Assembly: GCA_934393265.1 (NCBI GenBank) | Contig: CAKRQL010000005.1 | Location: forward strand, 1,897-65,896 | Reading direction: 5' to 3' | Source: an uncultured Eubacteriales bacterium | GTDB taxonomy: Bacteria > Bacillota > Clostridia > Oscillospirales > CAG-272 | Length of the DNA stretch: 64,000 bases | Shown here: positions 48,524 through 57,738 of the stretch, piece after piece | Layout of the letters: each line of letters opens with the position of its first letter | How positions within the stretch are numbered: position 1 is the stretch's first letter | The notes under the pieces: generated by a model | Database searches by the model: none | Seen by the model: the letters and a program-made list of their open reading frames with translations, nothing else | Told to the model about the DNA's origin: nothing | Translations under genes and position numbers: made by a program

Positions 48524-49213
48524 TCACGGTATTCTTGCTATCAGCTCCGGGAGCGTGCCGAGCTCCTTTATCTCGTAGTCCGGGGTAATATCCGGGGGAG
48601 CGGCAGCTCCCGACGGGTTATACCACACGGTGCGCACACCGGCGTTCATCCCGCCCTTTATATCCGACGTCAGGCTGTCGCCTATCACCAGAGCCTCCTC
48701 GCGGTGAAAATCCGGAACCGTGCGAAACGCCGCGGCGAAAAACTGTGCGCCCGGCTTCTCGTATCCTATCTCCTGCGAGATGAATATCCCGTCGAAAAGA
48801 CTGCGTATTCCTGCAGAGTCGATTCTCCTGTCCTGTATCGATTTTGTGCCGTTGGAGATTATATAGAGGTGATACCTGCCGAACAGTGAGCGGATAAGCT
48901 CCTCCGCGCCGTCGATATAGTAATGCCTGTCTCCGAGACGGCGGGCGTAGCCGTCCTCTGCCGCGAGCTCCGAGGCGGCGGGAGAGTACTTATCAAACAG
49001 CTCGCGGAAGCGGTGGTACATCACGTACTCCCGCGTCACCTCCCCGCGTTCAAGCGCGCGCCAATGCTCACCGTTTATCCTCACATAGTCGGCAACCATT
49101 TCCTCTGTCGGAGTGACGCCGACATCGCGGAGCGCGCCGTCGAGAGCTATCCGCTCCGCAGCCGAAAAATCAAACAGCGTGTTGTCAAGGTCAAAAAACA
49201 AATGCTTTATCAT
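48524..49213 (-). CDS. HAD-superfamily hydrolase (YjjG-like nucleotidase subfamily IA)
   Basis: 229 aa. Motif I FFDLDNTLFDF and motif IV VIGDSLTSDI. Confidence 0.82.
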   Translation of the reverse strand: MIKHLFFDLDNTLFDFSAAERIALDGALRDVGVTPTEEMVADYVRINGEHWRALERGEVTREYVMYHRFRELFDKYSPAASELAAEDGYARRLGDRHYYIDGAEELIRSLFGRYHLYIISNGTKSIQDRRIDSAGIRSLFDGIFISQEIGYEKPGAQFFAAAFRTVPDFHREEALVIGDSLTSDIKGGMNAGVRTVWYNPSGAAAPPDITPDYEIKELGTLPELIARIP

Positions 49214-49220
49214 ATTAACC

Positions 49221-51449
49221 TCAGGTTGTGTAGATATATTCGCCGCCGGTGACGTTCACCGGGGGCTTGCCGGGTATCTCGACCCGCGCGCACATGCCGT
49301 CCGGAATACTTATTTCATATCTCACCGACTCGTCGGTATACTGCCATGAAACTCCTATTTTACCGTGCGGGGTGTCAAGAGAGCCGGACGCGGAGCCGAG
49401 ACGCCTGTCCGGGCGCGGAGCTATCACCGGCTGTGAATACCCGGCGCTGTCCTCCGTCTGCCGTATTCCGAGCGTCGTCTCAAAGAGCCATGCGGCGACG
49501 GCACCGTAGGCATAGTGGTTAAAGGAATTCATATCGTCAGACCAGAATGTACCGTCCGCGCGGAGGCTGTCCCAGTGCTCCCACATCGTAGTAGCTCCGT
49601 GGCGGACGGGATAGAGCCATGAAGGAGCCTTTGTCTGCAGGAGGAGATTATATGCCTCCGTAACATAGCCCTCCGAGGACAGGACCGGGAGGAGAAGCGG
49701 AGTACCGATAAATCCGGTGCTCATTTTTCCGCCGTTATCCTTTATGAGTGCGACGAGCTTCTTTGCTATCGCCCCGCGCTCGCCGGGGTCGGCAAGGTCG
49801 AAGGCAAGGAGAATTGCGAGGCTCGTCTGCGTTACGGCTTTTGCGCGGCGCGCTCTGCCCGCGCCGTCGCCTTTTTTGTATACTGCCGGCATACCGGAGG
49901 ACATAAAGGTCTCGCGGAAGGCGCGGCGCACGGAGGTACAGAGCTTTTCATACTCAGTCGTATCCTCGCCTATCACCTGCCCCATTTTCACAAAGAGGGA
50001 AAGCGAGTAGGAATAGTACGCCGAGGCTATAAAATCGGTCTGTGTTGCGCCGACGAAGGCACCCTCTCCGGCGTCGGTAGCCAGCCAGTCGCCGAAATGC
50101 TTCCCGCCTGTCCAGAGATACTCCTCATCTCCGGCGGAGCGCATATATTCTATCCAGCCGCGCATAAGCGGGAAATTTCTGCGTATCACCTCCGGGTCGC
50201 CGTACGCGCGGTAGAGCTCCCACGGGCAGATCACCGCAGCGTCTCCCCACCCGGCGGAGGTTCCCTCCTCGTCCATACCCGGTACCATAGGGCAGAACCT
50301 CGGTACGGAGCCGTCGGCCCTCTGCTCTGCCGCGAGGTCGGCGAGCCACTTATCAAAGAAGCGCGAGGTGTCGTATATCATTGACGCCGTGCGGCAGAAA
50401 ATCTGCGCGTCTCCCGTCCAGCCGAGGCGCTCGTCCCTCTGCGGGCAGTCGGTCGGTATATCCACAAAATTACTGCGCTCGCCCCACACGACGTTCTGAA
50501 AGAGCCTGTCAACATCCTGATTTGCCGATGTGAAGTACCCCGTTCTCTTCATATCGCTGTAAAGCGCAACGGCGGTGAACGCCGACGGGTCGGGCTCACC
50601 GGGGAATTCGTCTATTCTTATGTAACGGAAGCCGTGGTAGGTATACGACGGCTTTAAGATATCGCGCCCGCCCGAGAGGACGTATGTGTCTCTCTGCTTT
50701 GCCTCGCGGAGGTTTCCCGTATAGAAATTGCCGTCTTTATCAAGCACCTCGGCGTGCGATATTGATACACGCTCCCCGGCTTTCCCGGTAATTTTTATTT
50801 CAACATACCCGGCGAGGTTCTGCCCGAAGTCGATGATTCTCTCACCGCTTGGCGAAATGACAAGCCGGCGCGCGGCTACCCTCTCGTGCTCGGTAACGAG
50901 CCCGGAATACTGCGGTGCCAGGCGCACATCTATCCCCTTATCCGGCAGTGCCGTACCTATCAGACGCGGTGTCACCGTTAAGTCGACCGTCTCGCCGTCG
51001 TATATCTCGGAATCTGTAACCGGGGTGGTCAGAACCTCCCATTTTCCGTCGCTGAACACCTCCTTTGTCTTTCCGCCCTCGTATTCGAGCTTCAGATAGA
51101 AGATTGCCGACGGGTGGTCTGCGTAGAGCCTGCCCTCACGCATAAGCGAAAGCGGGCTCCGCGCCCAGCCCTTTCCGACGCTAACCGACAGGGTGTTCTT
51201 CCCCTCGCTCAGCATATCGGTTATATCGTATCTCTGATAGAGCACGCGGTTTTTATATGAGGTCCAGCCGGGGGCGAGGACAGCGGAGGATACCTCCCTG
51301 CCGTTCACGCGGAATTTATACACGCCCATGGCACTGACGCAGGCGGAAGCCCTTTTAAGCCCTCCCGCAACGTCCGCACTTCCGCGGAATTCAACAGCGG
51401 CGGAGCCGGTGTCCTCAGGCGGCATTATCCATTTTGATTTTCTGTTCAT
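49221..51449 (-). CDS. Alpha-L-rhamnosidase (GH78)
   Basis: 742 aa with no signal peptide. GVYKFRVNGREV, PGWTSY and DCPQRDERLGWTGD are typical GH78 motifs. Confidence 0.85.
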   Translation of the reverse strand: MNRKSKWIMPPEDTGSAAVEFRGSADVAGGLKRASACVSAMGVYKFRVNGREVSSAVLAPGWTSYKNRVLYQRYDITDMLSEGKNTLSVSVGKGWARSPLSLMREGRLYADHPSAIFYLKLEYEGGKTKEVFSDGKWEVLTTPVTDSEIYDGETVDLTVTPRLIGTALPDKGIDVRLAPQYSGLVTEHERVAARRLVISPSGERIIDFGQNLAGYVEIKITGKAGERVSISHAEVLDKDGNFYTGNLREAKQRDTYVLSGGRDILKPSYTYHGFRYIRIDEFPGEPDPSAFTAVALYSDMKRTGYFTSANQDVDRLFQNVVWGERSNFVDIPTDCPQRDERLGWTGDAQIFCRTASMIYDTSRFFDKWLADLAAEQRADGSVPRFCPMVPGMDEEGTSAGWGDAAVICPWELYRAYGDPEVIRRNFPLMRGWIEYMRSAGDEEYLWTGGKHFGDWLATDAGEGAFVGATQTDFIASAYYSYSLSLFVKMGQVIGEDTTEYEKLCTSVRRAFRETFMSSGMPAVYKKGDGAGRARRAKAVTQTSLAILLAFDLADPGERGAIAKKLVALIKDNGGKMSTGFIGTPLLLPVLSSEGYVTEAYNLLLQTKAPSWLYPVRHGATTMWEHWDSLRADGTFWSDDMNSFNHYAYGAVAAWLFETTLGIRQTEDSAGYSQPVIAPRPDRRLGSASGSLDTPHGKIGVSWQYTDESVRYEISIPDGMCARVEIPGKPPVNVTGGEYIYTT

Positions 51450-51472
51450 ACTCTCCTCCAGATACCTCCGGC

Positions 51473-52150
51473 TCAGCCGAATATGCGGTATTTTCCCGAC
51501 TTCACTATCCGCCGGTAGTCGGCGACGGAGAGAATCGGCTCATCAGTCACTATCCCCGCAAGGCTCGCCACGGGGAATTTACTGCCGTTGTGGTTATCCG
51601 AGCCCGCGACGCCGGGGAGCCCGTAATGCTCTGCATACAGTGCGGTCAGGTCATACGTCTCTTTTCCGTTCATGCCGTTAAGAACCTCGACGGCGTCAAC
51701 GCTCCGGGGGAAGAGGCGGATATGGTCTATATAACTTGCCTCCCGGTACGGATGCGCCTGAACGACGAACGCCCCGCTTTTGCGCAGAAAATCAAGCTTT
51801 TCTCTGTACGGCATGTCCATTATACCGGGGTGCGAGAGGTACCAGAGCTTAGAGAGCCCGTAGACAAGAAAGTCGGTGCCGCGGTCCGACATTTCTACCC
51901 CGGTAAAGACCTTAAGCCCTATCTGCTTTCCTATTCTCTCGCCCTCCTCGGCGTCCGAAAAATAGAATTCTATCTTATCGCGGTAGGGGCGGCTCTTATC
52001 GAAATTTATGTTTCCGTCAAGGAAATGGTTTGTTATAAAGACCCCGTCGTAGCCGGAGCTCTTATAAAACCGGAGCGAGTCTGCCACCGTCGCCGTGGCG
52101 CATCGGCTCACAGGGCTCGTATGAAGATGTGTCTCATATCTGTATTCCAT
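51473..52150 (-). CDS. PHP-domain metal-dependent phosphoesterase
   Basis: ORF 51473..52186, trimmed to ATG 52150 (GGGAGGAAAAT RBS). ETHLHTSPVS motif. Confidence 0.78.
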   Translation of the reverse strand: MEYRYETHLHTSPVSRCATATVADSLRFYKSSGYDGVFITNHFLDGNINFDKSRPYRDKIEFYFSDAEEGERIGKQIGLKVFTGVEMSDRGTDFLVYGLSKLWYLSHPGIMDMPYREKLDFLRKSGAFVVQAHPYREASYIDHIRLFPRSVDAVEVLNGMNGKETYDLTALYAEHYGLPGVAGSDNHNGSKFPVASLAGIVTDEPILSVADYRRIVKSGKYRIFG

Positions 52151-52287
52151 ATTTTCCTCCCGGGCAAGGGTCATGCGGGAAAGCATTCCCGTAAAAATTC
52201 ACTACATTAAAAGTCTATCATATCCCGCGCGTAATTTCAAGGCGTGCGCGCAAAATAAAGCGGAAAATACATTTTTCCGGAATTTCC

Positions 52288-52316
52288 TTGAAAATTTCTC
52301 CCGGATGTAGTAGAAT
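52288..52316 (+). promoter_or_regulatory. Sigma-A-type promoter (TTGAAA-17-TAGAAT)
   Basis: -35 at 52288-52293 and -10 at 52311-52316, upstream of the PAP2 gene. Confidence 0.5.
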
Positions 52317-52365
52317 GTAAGAAAAGGACGCCGATACGGCGCAAAAAGTACGAAAGGAACGTGAC

Positions 52366-52869
52366 ATGGAAGAAAAGCTCAATGCACTGCGCCGCGCGGC
52401 ATATAACGACCGTCGCCTCTCCGACGCGCTGCACACAGGCTCGGTATTCTCCGCCTGTGTCGCGGCTTATGCTGTCGTGTGGCTGCTGCTTACCGAGCTT
52501 TCGGTCAGCGCAGTATATGCGGCGGCGCTCGCGGCGGTTATGGCTGTGCCGTTCGTTATCGTGACGGTGGTTCGCGCGCTTATCAACGCTCCGCGCCCGT
52601 ACGAAATCCTTGACTTCTATGAGGTCAAGCCGAAAAGCAAAAAAGGTCATTCCTTCCCCTCCCGTCATGCGGCGTCCGCATTCGTTATCGCGGCGGTCGT
52701 CATATTCCATTCGGTGTGGTTCGGAGCTCTTCTCTTCGCGCTCGGAATACTTCTCTGCGTCTGCCGCGTCATACTCGGTATTCACTTTGTGCGCGACGTT
52801 CTGGCGGGGGCTCTGATAGGGCTCATCTCCGGGATAGCCGGTATGCTGATACTCCGCGGGATATTCTGA
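52366..52869 (+). CDS. PAP2-family membrane phosphatase
   Basis: 167 aa. PAP2 motifs SFPSRHAA and HFVRDVLAG. Confidence 0.85.
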   Translation: MEEKLNALRRAAYNDRRLSDALHTGSVFSACVAAYAVVWLLLTELSVSAVYAAALAAVMAVPFVIVTVVRALINAPRPYEILDFYEVKPKSKKGHSFPSRHAASAFVIAAVVIFHSVWFGALLFALGILLCVCRVILGIHFVRDVLAGALIGLISGIAGMLILRGIF

Positions 52870-52876
52870 AAAGCCC

Positions 52877-52888
52877 ATACCCGTGTAT
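52877..52888 (-). repeat. Intergenic motif, copy 6 (ATACACGGGTAT on the minus strand, 12/12)
   Basis: 8 nt after the PAP2 stop codon. Confidence 0.7.
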
Positions 52889-52976
52889 GCTTTTTCGCCG
52901 CTGTCGGGCGGTGCGTATGCCGAAAAACTATATATTAAAGGTCGAAAGGAGCCCCGCCGGGGCGGTCAGGCTTTTT

Positions 52977-53804
52977 ATGGAAAAGCTCTATTACTGTTTA
53001 TGGTATTTCTTTATTTTTGCCTTTCTCGGGTGGTGCATGGAGGTCGCCTACGCCGCGGTTAAGAGCGGGCGGTTTGTAAACCGCGGCTTCGACAACGGTC
53101 CGGTCTGCCCTATATACGGCTACGGCGTCGTGCTCGTTTATCTCGTCGTCGGTCCCCTGCGCGACAAATGGCTGACGCTGTTTTTAGCCTCCGCCGCGCT
53201 GACAACCGGAATTGAGCTTGTGACCGGGTTTGTGCTTGATAAGGTTTTCCATAACAAATGGTGGGACTATTCAAAGCAAAAATTCAACATAGGCGGGTAT
53301 GTCTGTCTCCTGTTTTCACTGATATGGGGCGTGCTCTGCACCGCGGTTGTAAAGCTCACATTCAACCCGATAGATAATCTGATAGCGAAGCTGCCGCGCC
53401 CTGTCGGATATACCGTGCTCGGCATATTTCTCGCCATTCACCTTGTCGACACGGTTGTGTCGGTCTCTGCCGCGTTCGGATTTTCAAAGCGGCTCGACGC
53501 TATACAGAAGCTCGGCGACGGGCTCCACCGCGGGAGCGATGCCATAGGCGAAAAGATCTCCTCCGGCACACTCACGATGTACGACGGTCTCGAAAATCTC
53601 TCAAAGCGGAGCAGACGCGCGATGCGCCGACTGCTCGATGCGTTCCCTACCATGAACTCAAAGCGGCACGGTGAGGCGCTTATTGCCGCAAGGCAGAGGC
53701 TCGCACAGCTCCGGGCACATGCCGCAGAAAAGGCGGCGGAGAGAAAAGCCGAGCGCAGGAAAGAAAAGCAGGAAAAGAAAGAACAGCGGAAAACAGAAAA
53801 TTGA
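52977..53804 (+). CDS. Multi-pass membrane protein (putative ABC-transporter type IV / CmpB-like family) with basic C-terminal tail
   Basis: ORF 52716..53804. ATG 52977 is preferred (MEKLYYCLWYFFIFAFLGWCMEV...PVCPIYGYG). Start uncertain (weak RBS; ATG 52917 is an alternative). Confidence 0.6.
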   Translation: MEKLYYCLWYFFIFAFLGWCMEVAYAAVKSGRFVNRGFDNGPVCPIYGYGVVLVYLVVGPLRDKWLTLFLASAALTTGIELVTGFVLDKVFHNKWWDYSKQKFNIGGYVCLLFSLIWGVLCTAVVKLTFNPIDNLIAKLPRPVGYTVLGIFLAIHLVDTVVSVSAAFGFSKRLDAIQKLGDGLHRGSDAIGEKISSGTLTMYDGLENLSKRSRRAMRRLLDAFPTMNSKRHGEALIAARQRLAQLRAHAAEKAAERKAERRKEKQEKKEQRKTEN

Positions 53805-53863
53805 AGCAGCTTCTGTATATCGCAATTTTGTAAATAAAGCTTTACAAAAAAGGAGAATTAATT

Positions 53864-54658
53864 ATGTCACTTGCAATAATCACCGGTGCGTCCAGCGGGA
53901 TAGGACGCGAATTTGCAAAGCAGCTCCATGAAACTCTCGGAATAGATGAATTCTGGTTCATTGCCCGGCGGGCAGAGCGCATGGAGGAGCTCGCACGTGA
54001 CCTATCCGTAAAGGCTAAAATAATATCAGCGGATCTCACGACAGACGCGGGGATAGAAAAGGTACGCGCCACGCTCGAGAGCGAAAAGCCGGTTGTAAGC
54101 TACCTTATAAACGCCGCAGGGTTCGGCAAATTCGGCTCATTCGAGGTTCTCGACGAGAGCGAGGTGCGCAAGATGATAGACCTCAACGTCAAGGCTCTTG
54201 TCTTAATAACCCACATGTGTATCCCCTATATGGCGAGGGGCGGCAGGATAATAGAGATGGGCAGCGGCTCCTGCTTTACCCCGCTCCCGAGCTTCAATAT
54301 TTATGCCTCGTCCAAGGCGTTCGTGCTCCATTATACCAAGGCACTGAACTATGAAATAAAGCCCTACGGACTGCGGGCTACCTGCTTCTGCCCCGGGTGG
54401 GTGGAGACCGAGTTTCTCCCGCTCGCGACGGCGGTCCCCGGCGCATACGTGCCGAAGAAAACCGAGCCGCTGCTTAAGGTCAGCGATGTCGTCCGCCGAT
54501 GCATAAAGGCGAGCGTCAAGGGCAAAACAATGTGCGTCACGAACTGGTATACGAAGCTTCAGCACGTGCTCTTCAAGCTCCTGCCGGATAAGGTGCTTAC
54601 GAACGCTTGGATGAAAATGTTAAAGAAGAACCCCGATAAGGAGAGCGACCGCGGCTGA
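53864..54658 (+). CDS. SDR-family oxidoreductase
   Basis: 264 aa. TGASSGIG cofactor motif and YASSKAF catalytic motif. AAGGAG RBS. Confidence 0.9.
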   Translation: MSLAIITGASSGIGREFAKQLHETLGIDEFWFIARRAERMEELARDLSVKAKIISADLTTDAGIEKVRATLESEKPVVSYLINAAGFGKFGSFEVLDESEVRKMIDLNVKALVLITHMCIPYMARGGRIIEMGSGSCFTPLPSFNIYASSKAFVLHYTKALNYEIKPYGLRATCFCPGWVETEFLPLATAVPGAYVPKKTEPLLKVSDVVRRCIKASVKGKTMCVTNWYTKLQHVLFKLLPDKVLTNAWMKMLKKNPDKESDRG

Positions 54659-54744
54659 CGGATAAAACAGCCGGCAAAAAGCGGTAAAGCAAGCCCAAAA
54701 GCAACCAAAGCAAGCGAAATAAAGACAAAAGCGCAGAAAAAGAC

Positions 54745-55455
54745 ATGGAAAGACAGAATTTCAAGCCCGGAGCCATGACGGCGCCCCTCCCCGCAGTGCT
54801 CGTAACGGTCGGAGAGCCGGGGAAAGCCAACATAATAACCGTCGCATGGACGGGTATTCTCAATACGAACCCGCCGAAAACCTATGTTTCGGTGCGCCCT
54901 ACCCGCCATTCGCACGATATTCTCGCGGCGGGGCGTGAATTTGTAATAAATCTCCCGACATCTCGTATGGTGCGCGAAGTGGATTATTGCGGGATTTTCA
55001 CGGGTAAAAAGGTCAATAAGTTTGAAAAGTGCCATTTTACCGAGCAAAAGAGCGCAATCGTCGCACCGCCGACGATTGCCGAGTGTCCCCTCTCGCTCGA
55101 ATGTCGGGTGACGGATATTATCCCCCTCGGCACGCACGACATGTTCGTCGCGGACATTGTCAATATCTCGGTCTCCCCGGAAATACTGGACGCGGACGGC
55201 AGAATCTGTCTTGACCGCGCAGGGCTCATGGCATACTGCCACGGCGAATACTTTGAGCTCGGAAAAAAGATAGGCAAATTCGGCTTCTCGGCGACGAAAA
55301 AGAAGCCGGGCGGCAAGGCGCAGAACGGTGGTAAAGCACAGAATGGCGGTAAAGCGCAGAATGGCGGCAAGGCGCAGAATGGCGGCAGTGACGGCAAGAT
55401 TACCGGAGCCGCAAGGAGCCGTGAAAATACAAGCGAAAGGAAGAAACGGAAGTGA
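54745..55455 (+). CDS. Flavin reductase-like FMN-binding protein with repetitive C-terminal tail
   Basis: 236 aa. Flavin_Reduct-like core (PAVLVTVG...NIITVAWTG...DMFVADIV) followed by 4x GGKAQN. Confidence 0.8.
   Translation: MERQNFKPGAMTAPLPAVLVTVGEPGKANIITVAWTGILNTNPPKTYVSVRPTRHSHDILAAGREFVINLPTSRMVREVDYCGIFTGKKVNKFEKCHFTEQKSAIVAPPTIAECPLSLECRVTDIIPLGTHDMFVADIVNISVSPEILDADGRICLDRAGLMAYCHGEYFELGKKIGKFGFSATKKKPGGKAQNGGKAQNGGKAQNGGKAQNGGSDGKITGAARSRENTSERKKRK
55308..55386 (+). repeat. Coding 18-nt tandem repeat (GGKAQN x4)
   Basis: ggcggcaaggcgcagaac-type units repeated four times in frame. Confidence 0.85.
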
Positions 55456-55847
55456 GTGACGCATGTACGGAGGCTGTGCGGGAGAAGGTTCTCGCGCTTA
55501 TCGCCTCGACGTATGACAGTGACGCGGCGTTTGAGCGCGCCGCAAAGATACCGGATAAAACGGTAAATAACTGGCGGCGCGGTCGTTCTGCTTCCTTTAT
55601 GCGTATGCTCCCGGAGCTGTCGCACCTGTTCGGCACGGGAATAAGTGAGCTGCTCTCGATGCCCGTCGGCAGAGACTCCTCCGAGCTCTCGGAGGACGAA
55701 ATGCACCTCGTCCACCTATACCGCAAGTCAAGAACTATCCCGAAGCCACTGCGCGCGGCGCTCCGCGAGACTCTCGAGAGCACGATAAACCTCTATACCG
55801 AGTCGGCAAAGGTGCTCGCCCAAAAGCCCGCAAAGCCGCAGAAGTAA
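55452..55847 (+). CDS. Putative HTH (XRE-like) DNA-binding protein
   Basis: 131 aa, GTG start overlapping the previous stop. HTH-like segment FERAAKIPDKTVNNWRRGRS. Assignment is weak. Confidence 0.5.
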   Translation: MSDACTEAVREKVLALIASTYDSDAAFERAAKIPDKTVNNWRRGRSASFMRMLPELSHLFGTGISELLSMPVGRDSSELSEDEMHLVHLYRKSRTIPKPLRAALRETLESTINLYTESAKVLAQKPAKPQK

Positions 55848-55923
55848 AAAGCAAGCAAATAATTGCACCATAAAGCAAAGCAGCCCCGCGCCGCTTGCTT
55901 ATGCGAACACAAATCAATACAGA

Positions 55924-55966
55924 AAGAGCCCCGGCGCGCTGAACGGCGCACCAGGGGCTCTTTTTC
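55924..55966 (+). terminator. Rho-independent terminator at the end of the high-GC core block
   Basis: Stem gagcccc.../...ggggctc followed by tttttcg. Composition changes immediately downstream. Confidence 0.65.
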
Positions 55967-56083
55967 GCTTTCCGGGAATTATCAAAGATAAAACCCGCAA
56001 AAATAGCGGTTTTTCGGTATTCTCGAGAGAAAAATTATTGCGTTTTTATCAAAATGCCGTTTTTTTCGTTTTTGCAATGTAAA

Positions 56084-56473
56084 TCAAATCCCAAAGAACC
56101 GCTCAAAGAAGCCCTTTAGTTTTTCTATGATTCCGCGCTTTTTCTCCGCGCGGTTCCCGCCGCCGAAGCGGGATGTGGGCGGCATCAGTTTGTCAATATC
56201 GGTGCCGGTCGTCTTAATCTCCCCGTCGCGGAAGGCGTTATCGATAAATTTACGTGTCTCGCTCTCGTTAAGCTTTTCGTCGGCAATGATGGCGGACAGC
56301 TCTTTTTCCTTTTCCTCTGCCACATAGCCGTGCCATTCGGTCAGCACGTCTTCCACGTCGTTGATGCCGGAAATGAAGGTCTCAATCAATGCCTTTTTAC
56401 TGCGCAGCTCGGGGCTGGCATCAACGGCTTTCTGAATCGTGATCAGAACCTCTTTGTCTGTCCCGTGCGTATA
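56084..56473 (-). pseudogene. hsdR: 3' remnant of a type I restriction enzyme R subunit (HsdR, EcoR124-like C-terminal domain)
   Basis: The frame is open from the TGA at about 56474-56476 to the stop at 56084. It reads PYYTHGTDKEVLITIQKAVDASPELRSKKALIETFI...FRDGEIKTTGTDIDKLMPPTSRFGGGNRAEKKRGIIEKLKGFFERFFGI. No helicase part and no ATG. Confidence 0.6.
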
Positions 56474-56663
56474 ATAGGGTGTTTTTCAAGTTTTTGTGCC
56501 CTCTTTTCGGATAAATTGCGTTTCTTTTGGGTTTTATGCGAAATTTCGCGTGAGCACCTGCGGCGGAGCGGTATCACCACCCGACAAAACGCCGAAAATC
56601 CACCTTATGTGCATACTAAATCAAATGTGTGCCATTTTTGTGTCCTTTTTCTGAAAAAAGCCC

Positions 56664-56692
56664 TTGACTTTTTTCTACCGCGGTGATATAAT
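56664..56692 (+). promoter_or_regulatory. Sigma-A-type promoter (TTGACT-17-TGaTATAAT) for tRNA-Pro
   Basis: -35 at 56664-56669 and -10 at 56687-56692, about 80 nt upstream of the tRNA. Confidence 0.65.
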
Positions 56693-56773
56693 TATGCAGT
56701 GAGTTGAGAGCGGGGTTATTTTTTCGCTTCAACATGTTCAACTGACTTCCTGTAGCTTCCCGAAATGTTGTAT

Positions 56774-56849
56774 CTGGGTGTGGCGCAGTTGGTAGCGCGC
56801 TACCTTGGGGTGGTAGAGGCCGCAAGTTCAAGTCTTGTCACTCAGACCA
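56774..56849 (+). tRNA. tRNA-Pro (anticodon GGG), CCA encoded
   Basis: Hand-folded cloverleaf. Acceptor CTGGGTG/CACTCAG, D arm GCGC-AGTTGGTA-GCGC, anticodon stem CTACC/GGTAG with loop TTGGGGT, T loop TTCAAGT, 3' ACCA. Confidence 0.88.
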
Positions 56850-56857
56850 AAATTGAG

Positions 56858-56903
56858 AAATCCGAACTTATTCTCCATAGGAGATGGGTTCGGATTTTTT
56901 GTA
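56858..56903 (+). terminator. tRNA-Pro terminator
   Basis: 10-bp stem aaatccgaac/gttcggattt followed by a T-run. Confidence 0.75.
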
Positions 56904-57128
56904 TTCTTCGACAGCACGGAGCGTTATGTTCGGAATAAGCGGGGTGAGAGTGCAAATGAGCACTCCGACAAAGAATATACTGAACCGATGTCCGGCGAAA
57001 GCATACTACCCGATGATATAAAGACGGGCGGTGGCGAGGTGTGAAGATAATTCTGCGTCGGCATTGCTCCCGCGCCCCACCGTTGATCCTTTTTCAGTTG
57101 TCACACAAAAACAAGAGAACGAAAGGAT

Positions 57129-57488
57129 ATGAATATGAAAAATGCTATCACATACAAAAACAGGAACGGTTACCTTTATCCCCTGCTGGCACTTTCCGAA
57201 ACAGAAGAAGCGCCGATCGGCAAATACGGGTGGATGTATCTTGACTATCTAAAGAAATATCGGCGAGGTACATATACTTCTCTGCTGACAAGTGGCAATC
57301 TTGGTGAAGAACTCTCCAAATTTGACGCAGAAGTGCGAAATGAAGTTGACCTCATACTTGCCCGGCTTATAGATGAACGAGGCATCACAGAAACTCTGAA
57401 AGCCGCGAACCCGCTTCGTTGGGCGCAGGAAATGAATACCGCAAAGCATGATGCAGAAGAAACTGTATTGCATGATTACCTGAAATAA
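57129..57488 (+). CDS. tnpV: TnpV-family protein (Tn4451-type transposon accessory protein)
   Basis: 119 aa. PIGKYGWMYLDYLKKYRRGTYTSLLTSGNLGEEL...ERGITETLKAANPLRWAQEMN matches the TnpV pattern as I recall it. Confidence 0.78.
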   Translation: MNMKNAITYKNRNGYLYPLLALSETEEAPIGKYGWMYLDYLKKYRRGTYTSLLTSGNLGEELSKFDAEVRNEVDLILARLIDERGITETLKAANPLRWAQEMNTAKHDAEETVLHDYLK

Positions 57489-57496
57489 TGACAAAA

Positions 57497-57530
57497 GCAG
57501 AGGGCGGATATTCTGCCCTCTGCTCTTTTA
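57497..57530. terminator. Bidirectional terminator between tnpV and the convergent HEPN-like gene
   Basis: 9-bp stem gcagagggc/gccctctgc with T-rich flanks. Confidence 0.7.
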
Positions 57531-57738
57531 TTAGGTATTTGCTCCTTTATGATATGAAACGAAATTGAACTCTGAATCAAAAACGACACTATATGCAGAC
57601 TTTTCGCTCAAGAAGGTGCCCATATCGGCTCTGTGCGAAGCCTTGAAAATCATTTTCCACTACCGGGACTTTTTCTTTGCCTACGGCGATGGAGATATTT
57701 GGGAATGAAAACCAGATACAATACGACATCTTTAAGCA

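Noticed and set aside
52951-52976. GC-rich hairpin plus TTTTT directly abutting ATG 52977, considered as a terminator or attenuator
   Set aside because: The stem is short and bulged and the T-run merges with the start codon. I cannot distinguish a terminator from chance structure, so it is left unannotated.
57589-57729. 46-codon ORF (MSYCIWFSFPNISIAVGKEKVPVVENDFQGFAQSRYGHLLERKVCI), in frame with and 4 codons after the HEPN-like gene stop
   Set aside because: It has no RBS, is very short and overlaps the bidirectional terminator region. It may be a remnant of a displaced gene, but I cannot support it as a CDS or pseudogene without a homology search.
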